DNA of 57,890 nucleotides, counting the filler, from Sphacelaria rigidula (Eukaryota): the NCBI GenBank assembly GCA_964200075.2. It is 6 parts of 6 records of this genome, joined end to end, with 100 filler letters (N's around TTAATTAATTAA, not from the genome) between each part and the next. Parts side by side here need not be neighbours in the genome. Positions count along the whole stretch, not along the records: positions 28,998 to 38,562 come from CAXNAA020008204.1; positions 38,663 to 48,226 come from CAXNAA020008205.1; 4 more parts are not named here. One strand, 5' to 3'. Made by a program: the position numbers and the translations under genes. Positions 33,700 through 44,578 of this stretch are shown here, one piece after another. Each line of letters starts with the position of its first letter. The first letter of the stretch is position 1. Below the pieces are notes generated by a model, which did no database searches, was not told where the DNA came from, and saw only the letters and a program-made list of their open reading frames with translations.

Positions 33700-34790
33700 C
33701 CTGTATAGTGTTCCGTTTGAACAGCAAGTCGGTTGAAGTCGCATAGCTTACATGTTCTTCGCAGTATGCACAGGCAGTCACGTGGAACATCGCTGCTTTG
33801 CCGACCCGGTCACACATGGCCAGTGCGTCATCGAAAATGAAAATCGCTCTAGATGCCTTGGGTTCTGCCTCGAAACCGTCTGCCACAAGACAGCCGTATT
33901 ACATCTGTGAACTCGTACTCTACAAGTCAAGGGATAAAGGGGTATTCGCTCATGATACGTCAGGTTGTCCGTTGCGCACATCCCCATAAAACAGAGCAGC
34001 ACATGGCGCACTGCCACCAAGGCAAATGTCATGACATTGATTGGTGCCAAAAAAAAACATTTGGTCGAAGATGCAAGTTGGCGCAAATCGCATGCTTTAC
34101 ATATTATTTTCAGTATGTACAGCCAGTCACTTACGATATCGTGGCTCTGCCGACTTGGGCATACATAGTGCGTAGCAAAAAATAAAATCGCTCTTCGCGT
34201 CTTCGCTTCTCCGCTGGAACCCTCAGACACAACAGCCGAAGCTCATGTGTGACCTCGCCCTCTGCAACTGAATACGTGAAGGGCACTCGCTTTTGAAATG
34301 CGAATTTGCCCTTTGTGCACAGCCGTACATAACGAAGCAGCACCTGGTGGCACGCCACAAGGTGAAATGGTGTGACACACTGCTCGCCGCAACAAAAAAA
34401 ACACGCAGCCCAAAACGCAGCTTGTCGAACGTCGCATACTCGTAGTTTGCATTTCGTTCTTGTATTATTATTAGTATATACATATACAGACACTAAATGC
34501 ATGACCACAGTCGCCAGCAAGATGTAAGGCAGTGCACATACTAAAACCGCTCTCGACGCCTTGGCGTCTCCACTGGAGCCCTGACGAAAAGCAGCCGCCT
34601 GCCTTGTCTCCTTTCTATAAACTCTCCCTCTACAACTCGACACTTGAACCGATACTCGCTGTTGAAAGGCGAAATTGCCCTTTGTGCACAGCCGCATAGA
34701 AGGAAGCAGCGCCTGGTGGCACGCAAACCAAACTGAATGTCGTCACGACTTGCTTGCGGCAAGAAAAAAAAAATGCGCACCGATTTTTCT
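33700..34790. repeat. Three diverged tandem units of about 345-360 bp
   Basis: AAAA(T/C)CGCTCT at 33840, 34184 and 34543. TTGCCCTTTGTGCACAGCCG...AAGCAGC.CCTGGTGGCACGC shared by units 2 and 3. Confidence 0.7.
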
Positions 34791-35226
34791 AATTTGCCAT
34801 CTTCGACTTTGAAAGGCGCTTCTTATCCTCAACCCAAAAGTGCAGATCGCGCAACGCTTAGATCTCAGCAACGAAGCGGGGGATTGGACTGCGGTTTCTC
34901 ACGTGCGCTTCCCACACATCCAAGCTATGTCGCCTAGTTTGTTTTCCGCGTTTGCGGGTGATGATGACTCAAATAACCCAAATATACTAAAGTAAGGTGT
35001 TTTCTGCTCTGGGGGGGGGGGGGGATTCCAGGCCGCTGACGCGACGCCAGCAAAATGTTGAACCAGTTTCCCTCGGTCTTCTGTGTATGGGGGGGCTGTC
35101 AAGTGCCGTGGGCCGGCTTGCTTCCTGTGTCGAGAACCGAGCGATCTCCAGTGCTACAGCTTTCCCATACTAAACCAAGTTAGTGAGTGATGAAGCATGT
35201 GTTCTGTTCGTGAGGGCCACGGCACA

Positions 35227-36458
35227 TAGGCTTTAGTTCCGTATGCGCGTTGTTTCTTCGAATTAAGCTCCATTTCTTTCTTTTATATATTTTTTTTGTT
35301 CTCGAGCCTCATTTCAAGCCCTTTTCGCGCAAATTAGGCGCGCTTTATGCGCCTTATTCCCGTTCTCGTTGTGGCGTTGTGGCAGCATCCCCTCACGAGG
35401 CGCGCCTTCTAGTATGAGGACAAGACAAGTTGGACATTGGAAGTTTTGTTGATTATTTATGATTAAAAAATGAAGCTTGTCTTCATTAATTGAGTTCGGA
35501 GACCACAATCTGCACACCTACACCCTAACCCACTTACGGAAACAACAAACGCCACTACACTTACGGTACCTGATACAGCAGTGCGGCGTTGTAGCCTCTA
35601 GACACAGGGGGCTTTGCAGCCTGTGGCCCCTCGCCCGGCAAGCTACAAGCTACAAGCTACCTCCCCCCCCCGCATCATCTACTGTCAGTTGAAATTGAAA
35701 ATCTTGTCGAACTACCGGTACCGATTGTACTTCATCATAACTGCGGATTCGATCCGGTCACCTAACGCCTTCTCCTGCCGGGAATTCAAGCACCCCCTCA
35801 AAATCGAAAACACTCGCTCCATCGACGCGGACGATGGCTGGATAAGTACAATATCCATCGCCACGAGATACCAACTGGGAAGCCTGTTCTTGATTGTCAT
35901 CTCAAAACAACAGCAAACCGTACTCCGAGTGCGCGCCTGAGGCCGCGACCAAAAAGTCGTCCTTCTCGGACAGTAGGCCCGCCATGACCGTGAGTTTCAA
36001 ACGCTGCCATCACTCGTTATCACTTCTCTCTGTTGGTGCTGCTGTTACTGCTGGTGTCTGCTGTACAAAGTACACGCGTATTATTTATTTAGTATCTTCT
36101 CATATTTTTGAAAGCAACATATTGTAGTACCATGTGTATTAAACATGAACTGGAGCAGTCTGCTCGTCAGACCCGTAACAAATAGGAACACGAAACATGA
36201 CCATGGAAATTTGAAGTATTGAGTGTTGGAGCCTGAAGCGTGAAGCCTGTCGGCCTGTCTGGTGACGAGTTACGCCACATGGAGCACTTGCAAGCATAAA
36301 TATGTCGCAATTTTACGCGTTTTTATGCGCATTTTAGGCAAGTTAAGCCCGTTTCAAGCGTATTAAGCCGATTATAAGCTTTGCGCTAAACAGGCCTTTT
36401 TAGCTAGAAGCCCCCAAATTAAGCAAAACTTTATGCGCGCATACAGAGCTAAAGCCTA
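35227..36458 (-). mobile_element. hAT DNA transposon, internally deleted
   Basis: 23-bp TIR TAGGCTTTAG(T/C)TC(C/T)GTATGCGCG. Perfect 8-bp TSD ACGGCACA at 35219-35226 and 36459-36466. Retains a hATC fragment. Confidence 0.93.
35712..36000 (-). pseudogene. hAT transposase C-terminal dimerisation domain fragment
   Basis: KNRLPSWYLVAMDIVLIQPSSASMERVFSIL. Stop and frameshift just upstream. Confidence 0.85.
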
Positions 36459-36565
36459 ACGGCACAGGTCCGACCACATACTGAAGTGTTCATTATTCCC
36501 CCGCGTTATTTTTTATTCGTGATTTCGTTTAGATTTTTGGTCGTGAGTCGTGAGACTGATTCCAA

Positions 36566-36759
36566 GGCCGTGTCTTATCAAATTGTTTTCGACTCGAAAA
36601 CGTAAGGTGGAATCGAATTTGCTCGTACCTGATACATCCATGGCTTTCATGTTCTCAGCCATCTATCTGAGAAAATAAATAGTGTAGACGAATCAGAAAC
36701 GAGCGAATTCGATCCGACCGTACGTTTTCGAGTCGAAAATGATTCGATAAGACACGGCC
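36566..36759. mobile_element. 194-bp Harbinger-like MITE
   Basis: TIR GGCCGTGTCTTATC / GATAAGACACGGCC, with inverted arms of about 60 bp. Confidence 0.75.
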
Positions 36760-36768
36760 TCATATAGG

Positions 36769-36969
36769 TATCTCAAACTCGGCTCGCGGTATCCTGGTTG
36801 ATTCGCTGGATCTGAGTTGTGTACTATTTTTTCAAGTGAAAGTGATTGCGATTCATAGAAGAACCTGACCTGGCGGTGAAAAGAAATCATCAACTGATGA
36901 ATCGCCTTCACTTTCACTTGAAAAAATAGAACAAAAGAAACCAGGATACCGGGAGCCGAGTTTGAGATA
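36769..36969. mobile_element. About 200-bp foldback MITE
   Basis: TATCTCAAACTCGGCTCGCGGTATCCTGGTT / AACCAGGATACCGGGAGCCGAGTTTGAGATA, plus an inner pair CTATTTTTTCAAGTGAAAGTGA / TCACTTTCACTTGAAAAAATAG. Confidence 0.75.
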
Positions 36970-36970
36970 T

Positions 36971-38040
36971 CTCTAACGGGAGCCCTTCAAAATTTCAAAA
37001 TTTCTGTTGAAAACTGCCTTTTTGACCCTTCTTCGTCGTTCCACGCCTGAAAAGAGGGCTAGGCGGATGTTGACGCCCTGGAACGATTTGCTCTACTCGT
37101 TGAGACCGTTCCAGGGCAACTTTGTATTTCCCGCTGGCCGAACTTGCATTTTTAGCCAAGCACGGATTTTCAATGAAAAACGGCCAAGCGATAAAAAAAC
37201 AGGGGGGCAATCACCTGACCGTTTTTTACTGAAAATCCGTATTTGGCCTGATATGGCCAAAAACAAAAGTGCGGCCAGCGGGGAATGTAAAATTACCCTA
37301 GAACGGTCTCAACGAGTAGAGCAAGTCATTACAAGGAGTTAGGCCAACTCTAACGGGAACCGTTCAAAATTCTTGTTGAGAACTGTCTTTTGGGCCCTTC
37401 TCCGTCGGTTTACGCCCGAAAAGAGGGCTACGTGGATGTAGACGCCTTGGGATGACTTGCTCTACTCGTTGAGACCTTTCCAGGGCAACTTTGCAAGGGT
37501 CGGAAGAATTAATGATTCGTCTGGAAATTTCTAGATTTTAGTGTAATTGATTCGTACTGTACGAATAAATCTTTAGGCTTTGTTCTCAGTGTTGAACCCC
37601 AGGTACGCGCAGCCCAGGCACGTGGAATGGCGCAATAATTGCGTGGAGATCTTTTGACTAGCGGTCAATCTTTTCTTTTCCTTCCAGCAATCGGGCCTGA
37701 AAAATCGTGGTTTGGTGATTCGAACCGGCGATGATTCGTCCGAACCGTGCAACTTTGCATTTCCCGCTGGCCGCACTTTTGTTTTGGCAAAACCAGGCGA
37801 AACACAGATTTTCAGTAAAAAACGGTCAGGTGATGAAAATTTCTTCCTGTTTTTTCATCGCTTGACCGTTTTTGATTGAAAATCTGTGTTTGGCCAAAAA
37901 TAAGAGTGCGACCAGTGGGAAATGCAAGGTCACCCTGCAACGATCTCAATGAGTAGAGCAAGTCATTCCAAGGCGCCAACATTGGTCTAGCCCGCCGTAA
38001 GCCAAAAGGGCTGTTTTCGAAAGGGATTTTGAACGGCTTC
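36971..38040. repeat. Two tandem copies of a foldback element (about 36971-37345 and 37348-38040)
   Basis: Both start CTCTAACGGGA.CC.TTCAAAATT and contain TGCTCTACTCGTTGAGACC with an inverted counterpart. Confidence 0.75.
37496..37748. mobile_element. 253-bp insertion with a 10-11 bp TSD (Mutator/MULE-like MITE)
   Basis: GCAACTTTGCA is duplicated at 37485-37495 and 37749-37759. Imperfect TIRs. The paralogous host copy at about 37115 has a single empty site. Confidence 0.7.
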
Positions 38041-38562
38041 TATCAAAGTCGGTCAGGTCCACTTTTATGGCAGGCACGAATCTCGATTTTTTCAAAATCG
38101 GAGAGCGCATTTTATGGACACGGATTTGGACGAAAACGGGGGCTCACGATCTCAGAAGGGTTTCATCGTTCCGAGCTCGTTACTCCCCCCGATTTCTTTG
38201 AGGTGACGTACGTGCATTGACGTACAATGCTAGAGTACGGGGCGTTTGATATTTTTACAACGGCAGCAGAGGACAGTCTCGTGACAGCACAGAAGGTGTG
38301 CCTACTGCCCGCCACAGCTGCTGAAGCAACTTCTCACGAGGTTTGACAAGCGGATGATAAGTGCTGACGCCGTACCCTGCGGCGATGGTAATATTTTATG
38401 CTGCGCTGCGCTGCCATATATATGTCACTATAGCGAACGCTACTGTACTCTCCTGGTTGTTGTCGCTGTACTCGAGGGGTGATTTACGGCACTGCACTAC
38501 TGAACTCTGCTCGCGCACTGTTTGTTCTCTGTTCTCGCAATACCGGCTGTGCCATCATGTAC

Positions 38563-38662
38563 NNNNNNNNNNNNNNNNNNNNNNNNNNNNNNNNNNNNNN
38601 NNNNNNTTAATTAATTAANNNNNNNNNNNNNNNNNNNNNNNNNNNNNNNNNNNNNNNNNNNN
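38563..38662. other. Artificial contig spacer
   Basis: 44 N + TTAATTAATTAA + 44 N. Confidence 0.99.
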
Positions 38663-39747
38663 TGACCAAAACCTGCTTCGGGTCCGTGGAGAACAGCCCA
38701 GTGTCCAGAGCCCAGCAGGACGCCCACCAGCTCCCGTTTCTCCGATTCACCCACCTGTTAACCTTACGCTACAACCTTCCCGATATATGCTTACACCATC
38801 TTCTCAGATGTCTAGCAAACCGCCATTGGCTACGATCGATGGAGGCGCTGTCGATGCCCTATCTTACCCGTTATCCCGAGTTGGCTTTCGTTGCGCTTCG
38901 TGGTCGTCCCTGGAGTTTGCCATCGCAGGTTTCTCAAGACAAATGTACCTGGGGTGTACTTTCGTGCGTCAGGCGATGCCTCTAGCAAAACATTTGCAAA
39001 AAAAACACCATGGATGGGCGGGGCTGTACGCTTGCAACATGAAGGTAGCAAAAACACATGGCGAAGATGGCTGTAGAGTAACATTGCCACGGGGAGTAGA
39101 TAATATAACTGAAATTGTAGGAAGAGAGGAGACAAACGGCGGAAAATCAAGGGGTAACATACGGCAGATGGGGGGGCAAAAAGGGGAAGGAAAAAAAATG
39201 ATTGAGTCGGTGAAAGGAGAAAATGACAATAATAGTGCACCGTGGGCTATGACTGCTAAATGCAGACGATGAAGGAAAGGGATCACTAGTATAACACAGT
39301 TGATAGCGACAGAGAAAAAAATCAACAGCAAAAACTACCAGCGTTAGAGGATATAAACATGGTATGATGCGATACCAACGACCGTGGGATGACTCGCGGC
39401 ATTACGCAGGCACGTTCAGGGCGACAGGAGCGGGAAAAATCGAACAGCAAAAGCGGCAGGGGCGGATGGGGGGTGTAGTATTAGTGCGCGCTCTGCCGAA
39501 ACTTCAAAAATAAATAAATACGTAAAAGTAGATAAAAATGGAATATAATAGAATAAAACAAAATAAAATAAAATATGGGTCAGTTGCGAAGGGAAGAGTC
39601 AAACGCAACGCTACAGTAGAAGCAGGGTGAACAAAACAACATGGCCAAGGCCTGAGCCACGCATACAATAACTTTTACACTCGGCGTGTCTACTGCTGCC
39701 GATCAACGGCACTGGTTGCCCCCGATTTCCCGGCGTGAAGGAACCTC

Positions 39748-39831
39748 TGTAGTGACGGTCCTCTGAAGTGCAGTGATGGTCCCATGTAGTTTAGTGATGG
39801 TCCCATTTAGTGTTGTGACGATCCAATTTAG
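39748..39831. repeat. 21-bp tandem repeat, 4 diverged units
   Basis: TGTAGTGACGGTCCTCTGAAG / TGCAGTGATGGTCCCATGTAG / TTTAGTGATGGTCCCATTTAG / TGTTGTGACGATCCAATTTAG. Confidence 0.75.
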
Positions 39832-40406
39832 TGGCGACACAACGACAATGTACTGGCGACATGTTGTGGCGTGGAGCGGAAGCGAATCCATACGACTTGA
39901 CCCGTGCAATAACTTTCCACAATGCCGCACATCAATCAATCATATTAGGGGCCATTCATCATTTGCCGGGCGGTGAACATGTTTCGCCGCCAGGATGACT
40001 CCAGCATAGAAACCCCGTATGTTGGTCAGAAATTCATTCGGACTCACATAGAATGATCGCACAACTGCTCGAGCAGTCCTGTTAGGTACGAAGTTGCACA
40101 GTGCAAACACGCTGCCACAGCACACAGTACAGTGCAAACACCATGCGATCACGTACCTGGCTAATATGGTGCAAACACCATGCTAACACGTACCTGGCCA
40201 ACATGGTAGGCACCTGGGCACCAGATCTAACAGGAGCTGTTTTCTGTCACAGTACACACCTGAATGATGAACGTGGGTTACCGTCTCGCAATCCCTCCAG
40301 GTGCACAGCCCCAACAACCGCCGCTCATGTGTACTTTGCGCACGCATGTTCGCCGGTTTCAGTCTCGGGACACTTGACTCTCTAGGAGTGGATCAACAGC
40401 ACTTAC

Positions 40407-40712
40407 CTCCTGCCTAGGGAGCACTTCGTACACAGCGTGCCCGCTGTGGGTACTGTATGGGACACATTGATCGAACGTGCGGTACTGTAAGATCCCAACC
40501 TGAACTTTTTTAATTTTGAATCGTGAAACTGTGAAAAAACAGTCCTCGTACACGGAAGCAGGCGCACGTGGAATGATGAATCACAGGACGTACCTGTACT
40601 CCCGTGTTAGCACCGAAGGTGGCAAGCATACGCTGTAGCCAGGTGTCCCAGCTCCGTTCTGCCCAGCTGATGGTCTCTTCGAGTAACCAACAGGCACGTA
40701 AGATTCTGGCAC
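40407..40712 (-). CDS. Two candidate exons (40712-40594, 40499-40407) of an unknown gene
   Basis: Donors GTACGT and GTAAGT. Phase-compatible reading ARILRACWLLEETISWAERSWDTWLQRMLATFGANTGVQ|VGILQYRTFDQCVPYSTHSGHAVYEVLPRQE. Acceptors are weak. Confidence 0.25.
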
Positions 40713-43399
40713 CTAAACACGTGATCGTTGCTCAGAAGACCCCACGCTAAACAGAAAGCACGATTGATGCACTACTGTACACCGTATGCGAACACAGCGC
40801 GAAACAGTGCAGCTCTACAGCGATGCGACTATGCAGTACTGCTTACATTCTCGATTGGTCACCATGTCGTGGTCTGATCACGAGGTGATGCTGGCGTCAC
40901 TCTCAACCAACACGCCCGGCCCGGGGTGACACGAGGTCAGCGGCTGGCCACATCGAACAATCGCAGTCGAGAGGAATGACCCTTGAGCTCGTGAGTAACA
41001 GACCATCGAGTCCGATAAGCACTGCATCGCAAGGCCAAGCAGGGACTCACTTTCACGAGCAGAAGAGGTGCTCTTGACTTACTTGCAAGCGAGATGTCTC
41101 CAAGTGGTGGCTGATAGCTCGGTTATTAATTAGTCTTAGCTAGGTAGCTAAACGAGAGTTGCTGGGTGATGGAAGTTCTGAGGGCGGTGGGCTCCGGTCA
41201 AGGACGCCCGATTGGAATACAACACCAACATAGGAATGGAATAAGACCTACTGCACTTGCCACGCGTACTGCAAAACGCCTACTACACATACAGTCGATA
41301 TCCGCCGTAACAACTGTTCTGAAGCAGTGATCGTCGACTGTAGCTTTGGTGTCGGCATCGATAGGGTTGGACCTTGTTGAACGACAGGGGGAGATGTTCC
41401 TGACAACTGGCAGTGTCTGCACAGTTCGAGATAAGAGAGAGTGGGTGTCGTAACGTTAGTCTTTTCCGATGTTGTGTATCGTGGCGTAGGAGGATATGGT
41501 GGTTCGCTAGCTTTAATATTTGTTCTCGAGCGCCACCTTTGTCTCTTCATTCATTCCAACGTGGTGACCCCGAAGTAGCTTCGTTTGGTGATAATCTCTT
41601 CATACGTTGCTAGCTGCTGTTATTTTTCCTTCCAACGAGGTGACCTTGATTTTTACGTGCACGTCGACATTTTTCGTGTACAGAGGACGCATCCCACACG
41701 CGTGAATTTTTGGGTTTCAAACTCCCTTGTAGTGTGATCGTGTGCCGTGTGACGGGAAGGGGGGGGGCGGGGGTTCCAGGAGCGCGATGACGGCAGATGA
41801 CGATGCAGGCAACGGTGCGGAAATCGTTGTCGTAAGTTTGGTTTGTTGTAATTGCCTTTTGTTAACTCGTACATATGACATGTAGGTAGTCCAACATGTT
41901 TGACTAAAGACAGTCAATCGTGCACGAGGAACGCACGCGATTACCGCGAGGCTAGTTAGGGCGCGACCGCTGTAATCGTCGGTTATGGCGCGCGATGTGT
42001 GCTGCAGGAGCGTGTTGTGGGCAATGACAAGGTGGGGTACTTACTCGCTTGCACGTCAACACGGCTACAGCGATAACACCGGGATTCGGTTTGTGTGAGA
42101 GGCTTGCGAGCGTTGGCATTTTTCATCGCGTTTGTCAGGTAACGATCCTGGCTCTGCTTTTTCGGCGGTGTTTGTGTGACGGCGAGGGTTACCGTAGCCA
42201 TCAACTGTAAGCACGTGAGTAGAGGGAATTGGGACACTGTTTTTCATATTGATGATGATGTAGTAAGGAAGGGAGGCGCTCGAGGGAAAAGAGTATCTTC
42301 ATATTACCTTGGGTGTGTGCTGTGTTGTGCTGCCCATCAGCTGTTGCTGAAGGATGCCGGGCGTTGTGGTTGTGATGGTTGATGCAGCCTGTCGTGGGTC
42401 CATGAAGGAGGGGAGAAGAGGAAGCATGGGTTGCGTGTGTTTCATGAGATGCGTAACTTGCACATGCCTCCGAGAAGCGGTAGGTGTCTTCTGTTCCGTG
42501 TCCGCGGAGCGGGCTGGGTTGTTGATTGCGCCAGGAAAGGAATCGGCACAAGCATCGTAGAAGCGGCAGTTTGTTCCGGCAGTTGACCACGCATTCCTTT
42601 CGAGACGAGGCGCCACGTCCTTAGCCCCGCGAGGCCGACGGCAGCTCTAGAAGCGGTGACCGTCCGCATGCCGGGGCTGACGCCATTTCAGCTTAATGCT
42701 ATGGGGAGGACCGATGGACACCACCCTCCACATGAACACCAGTGGAAGGCAAAGCATCCTCTCCAACACCGGAACCCACGGAGGCGATGATTGACGGAGG
42801 CCCTCTTAATTCTGTCTTCCACTCGGTCCCATCATGCACATCTTCTGGGACTTGTTTGAGGCGTCAGGAGTGGATTTGCGGGCACGCCTCGATGACCTGA
42901 TCCTGGCTCTACCCGACGTCATGAGCGGCGCTTTGCGGGCGATCCGCTACACCATTGTGGAACTAACCTGTAAAACGGTCAATATCAACAAGATTAAAAT
43001 TATGTCCCCACGGACCCCCGCTCCTACGAAACACGAGAGAGCGGCGCTAGCGGGAGCGGGTCTGAGTTTTGCCGAAGAGGGCGGAGCCGTTGTAATCGGC
43101 ACACCGATCGGGTCTGACGAGTTCGTCCAGCAACAGACTGTGAGAGTCGACGAGGAGAAGGGGGGCGACGACGAAGCCCTGTACTACTGGCGCGTATGCT
43201 CGACAAACAAGCAGTGATGCCCATCGCATCGATCTCCAGGGCAATGAAGATCTACTGATTGGAGCCCGCGATAGACGTCAACCTGTCGGACCTGGTCTGC
43301 GGGCTGAGGGTGTTAGATCACATCATGGAGCTGGCGAAGGCAGAGCAAATTTCTTCGACGTCGGCTACTCCTCGGCGCGCGTTCAACTCCTGCCCTCCC

Positions 43400-44200
43400 T
43401 ATGACAAAATTGATTTGGCAATAGAGCGTAAAGTAAATGCAGAGAACGAAATTGCCAGTCATATTTGATAAGGCTGTATGGAAGAAAACCACTGAAGGGC
43501 AGGCTTGGAGAAGACGATGAAGTCGAACAAGTATTGAAGGAGATAGGAGAAACCAAGGTGAGATACTTTCCACAGGTGAAGGTGAGGGGTACAAAATGAA
43601 AGTGAGGGAGATTATACAAATATGGGAAAAGAAGCGCTTAGACGCGAAGTAGACGAGGAAGAACACCTGAAGATATCCGGGGGGGTTGAGAGAGGTGATC
43701 GGGATGAAAACATACCTGCTGCATGGCCCAATGGACACGGCGAAAAAATTGAAACTGCGATCTCGGGTGCGGGACCTGGACCTGCCAAAAAGGAAATATA
43801 CCAGTAGTCGAGTGGAGGAGGAAGTAGATGCACAGAATTGCCCCTGTGGCGAAGCAATAGAGAGCAAAACTTATAAAGTGGCAGAATGTGAGCTAGACAA
43901 GAAGAAACAGGACGTGCCTGAGGGGGAGATGTGGGACGTGAGCGAAGGTGGCATGAAATCGTTCGATGCACGAGACAGAAGCGAGAAAACGGTGGCTATA
44001 CTAGGAGATAGATGGTGGCCACAGACGGCGAAACAGGACAGAGATGAGGTACGTAAAGGTTTTCGTCTAGTGTATGGCAGAAACATAATGAGCACCTAAA
44101 TGTTGGAGGTGTCCATATTAGGAATAGGAACGGTGGTCAGTCTCGAAAGGGATGCGCGGTCAATGATCGAACGACTGAGGCAAGCAACAAATGAGTACGC
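43400..44200 (+). mobile_element. 5'-truncated LINE 3' fragment inserted in the CRE-like element
   Basis: ORF remnant with a degenerate C-terminal CCHC-type finger (CPCGEAIESKTYKVAEC). 3' end GGCAAGCAACAAATGAGTACGC. Flanked by CCCTCCC on both sides. CRE homology resumes right after. Confidence 0.7.
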
Positions 44201-44464
44201 CCCTCCCCCCCGGTCTCAGGCCGCAATGCCGACTGGTTCCAGGGGACTAGGCCTGACCTAAGCCGTGAGCAGACGCAAGCCCGCGACTGTGGGGAGTTCT
44301 TGTGGTATCTTGCCGGTGGTAAAAGCTGACTCGTCGAGGCCCCTGAGAGAGGGCCAACCTACCCCATATCCCCGTGGTAGATTCACTGGGGGTGACCCTC
44401 CGGACACTGGCCGAAGATGGTGGGGTGAGCGCTGATCAACAAGAGACGTTGTTACCGCCAGGAC

Positions 44465-44578
44465 TACACATGTGGCCACTGGGGTGCCTGCAACTTCAAA
44501 TTTGAACGTTACAGACCTTGTGCAACGTCTGTAACGTCCAAATTTGAAGTTGCAGGCACCCCAGTGGCCACACGTATA
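44465..44578. mobile_element. About 110-bp near-perfect hairpin MITE
   Basis: TGTGGCCACTGGGGTGCCTGCAACTTCAAATTTG.ACGTTACAGAC / GTCTGTAACGT.CAAATTTGAAGTTGCAGGCACCCCAGTGGCCACA. TA flanks. Confidence 0.8.
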
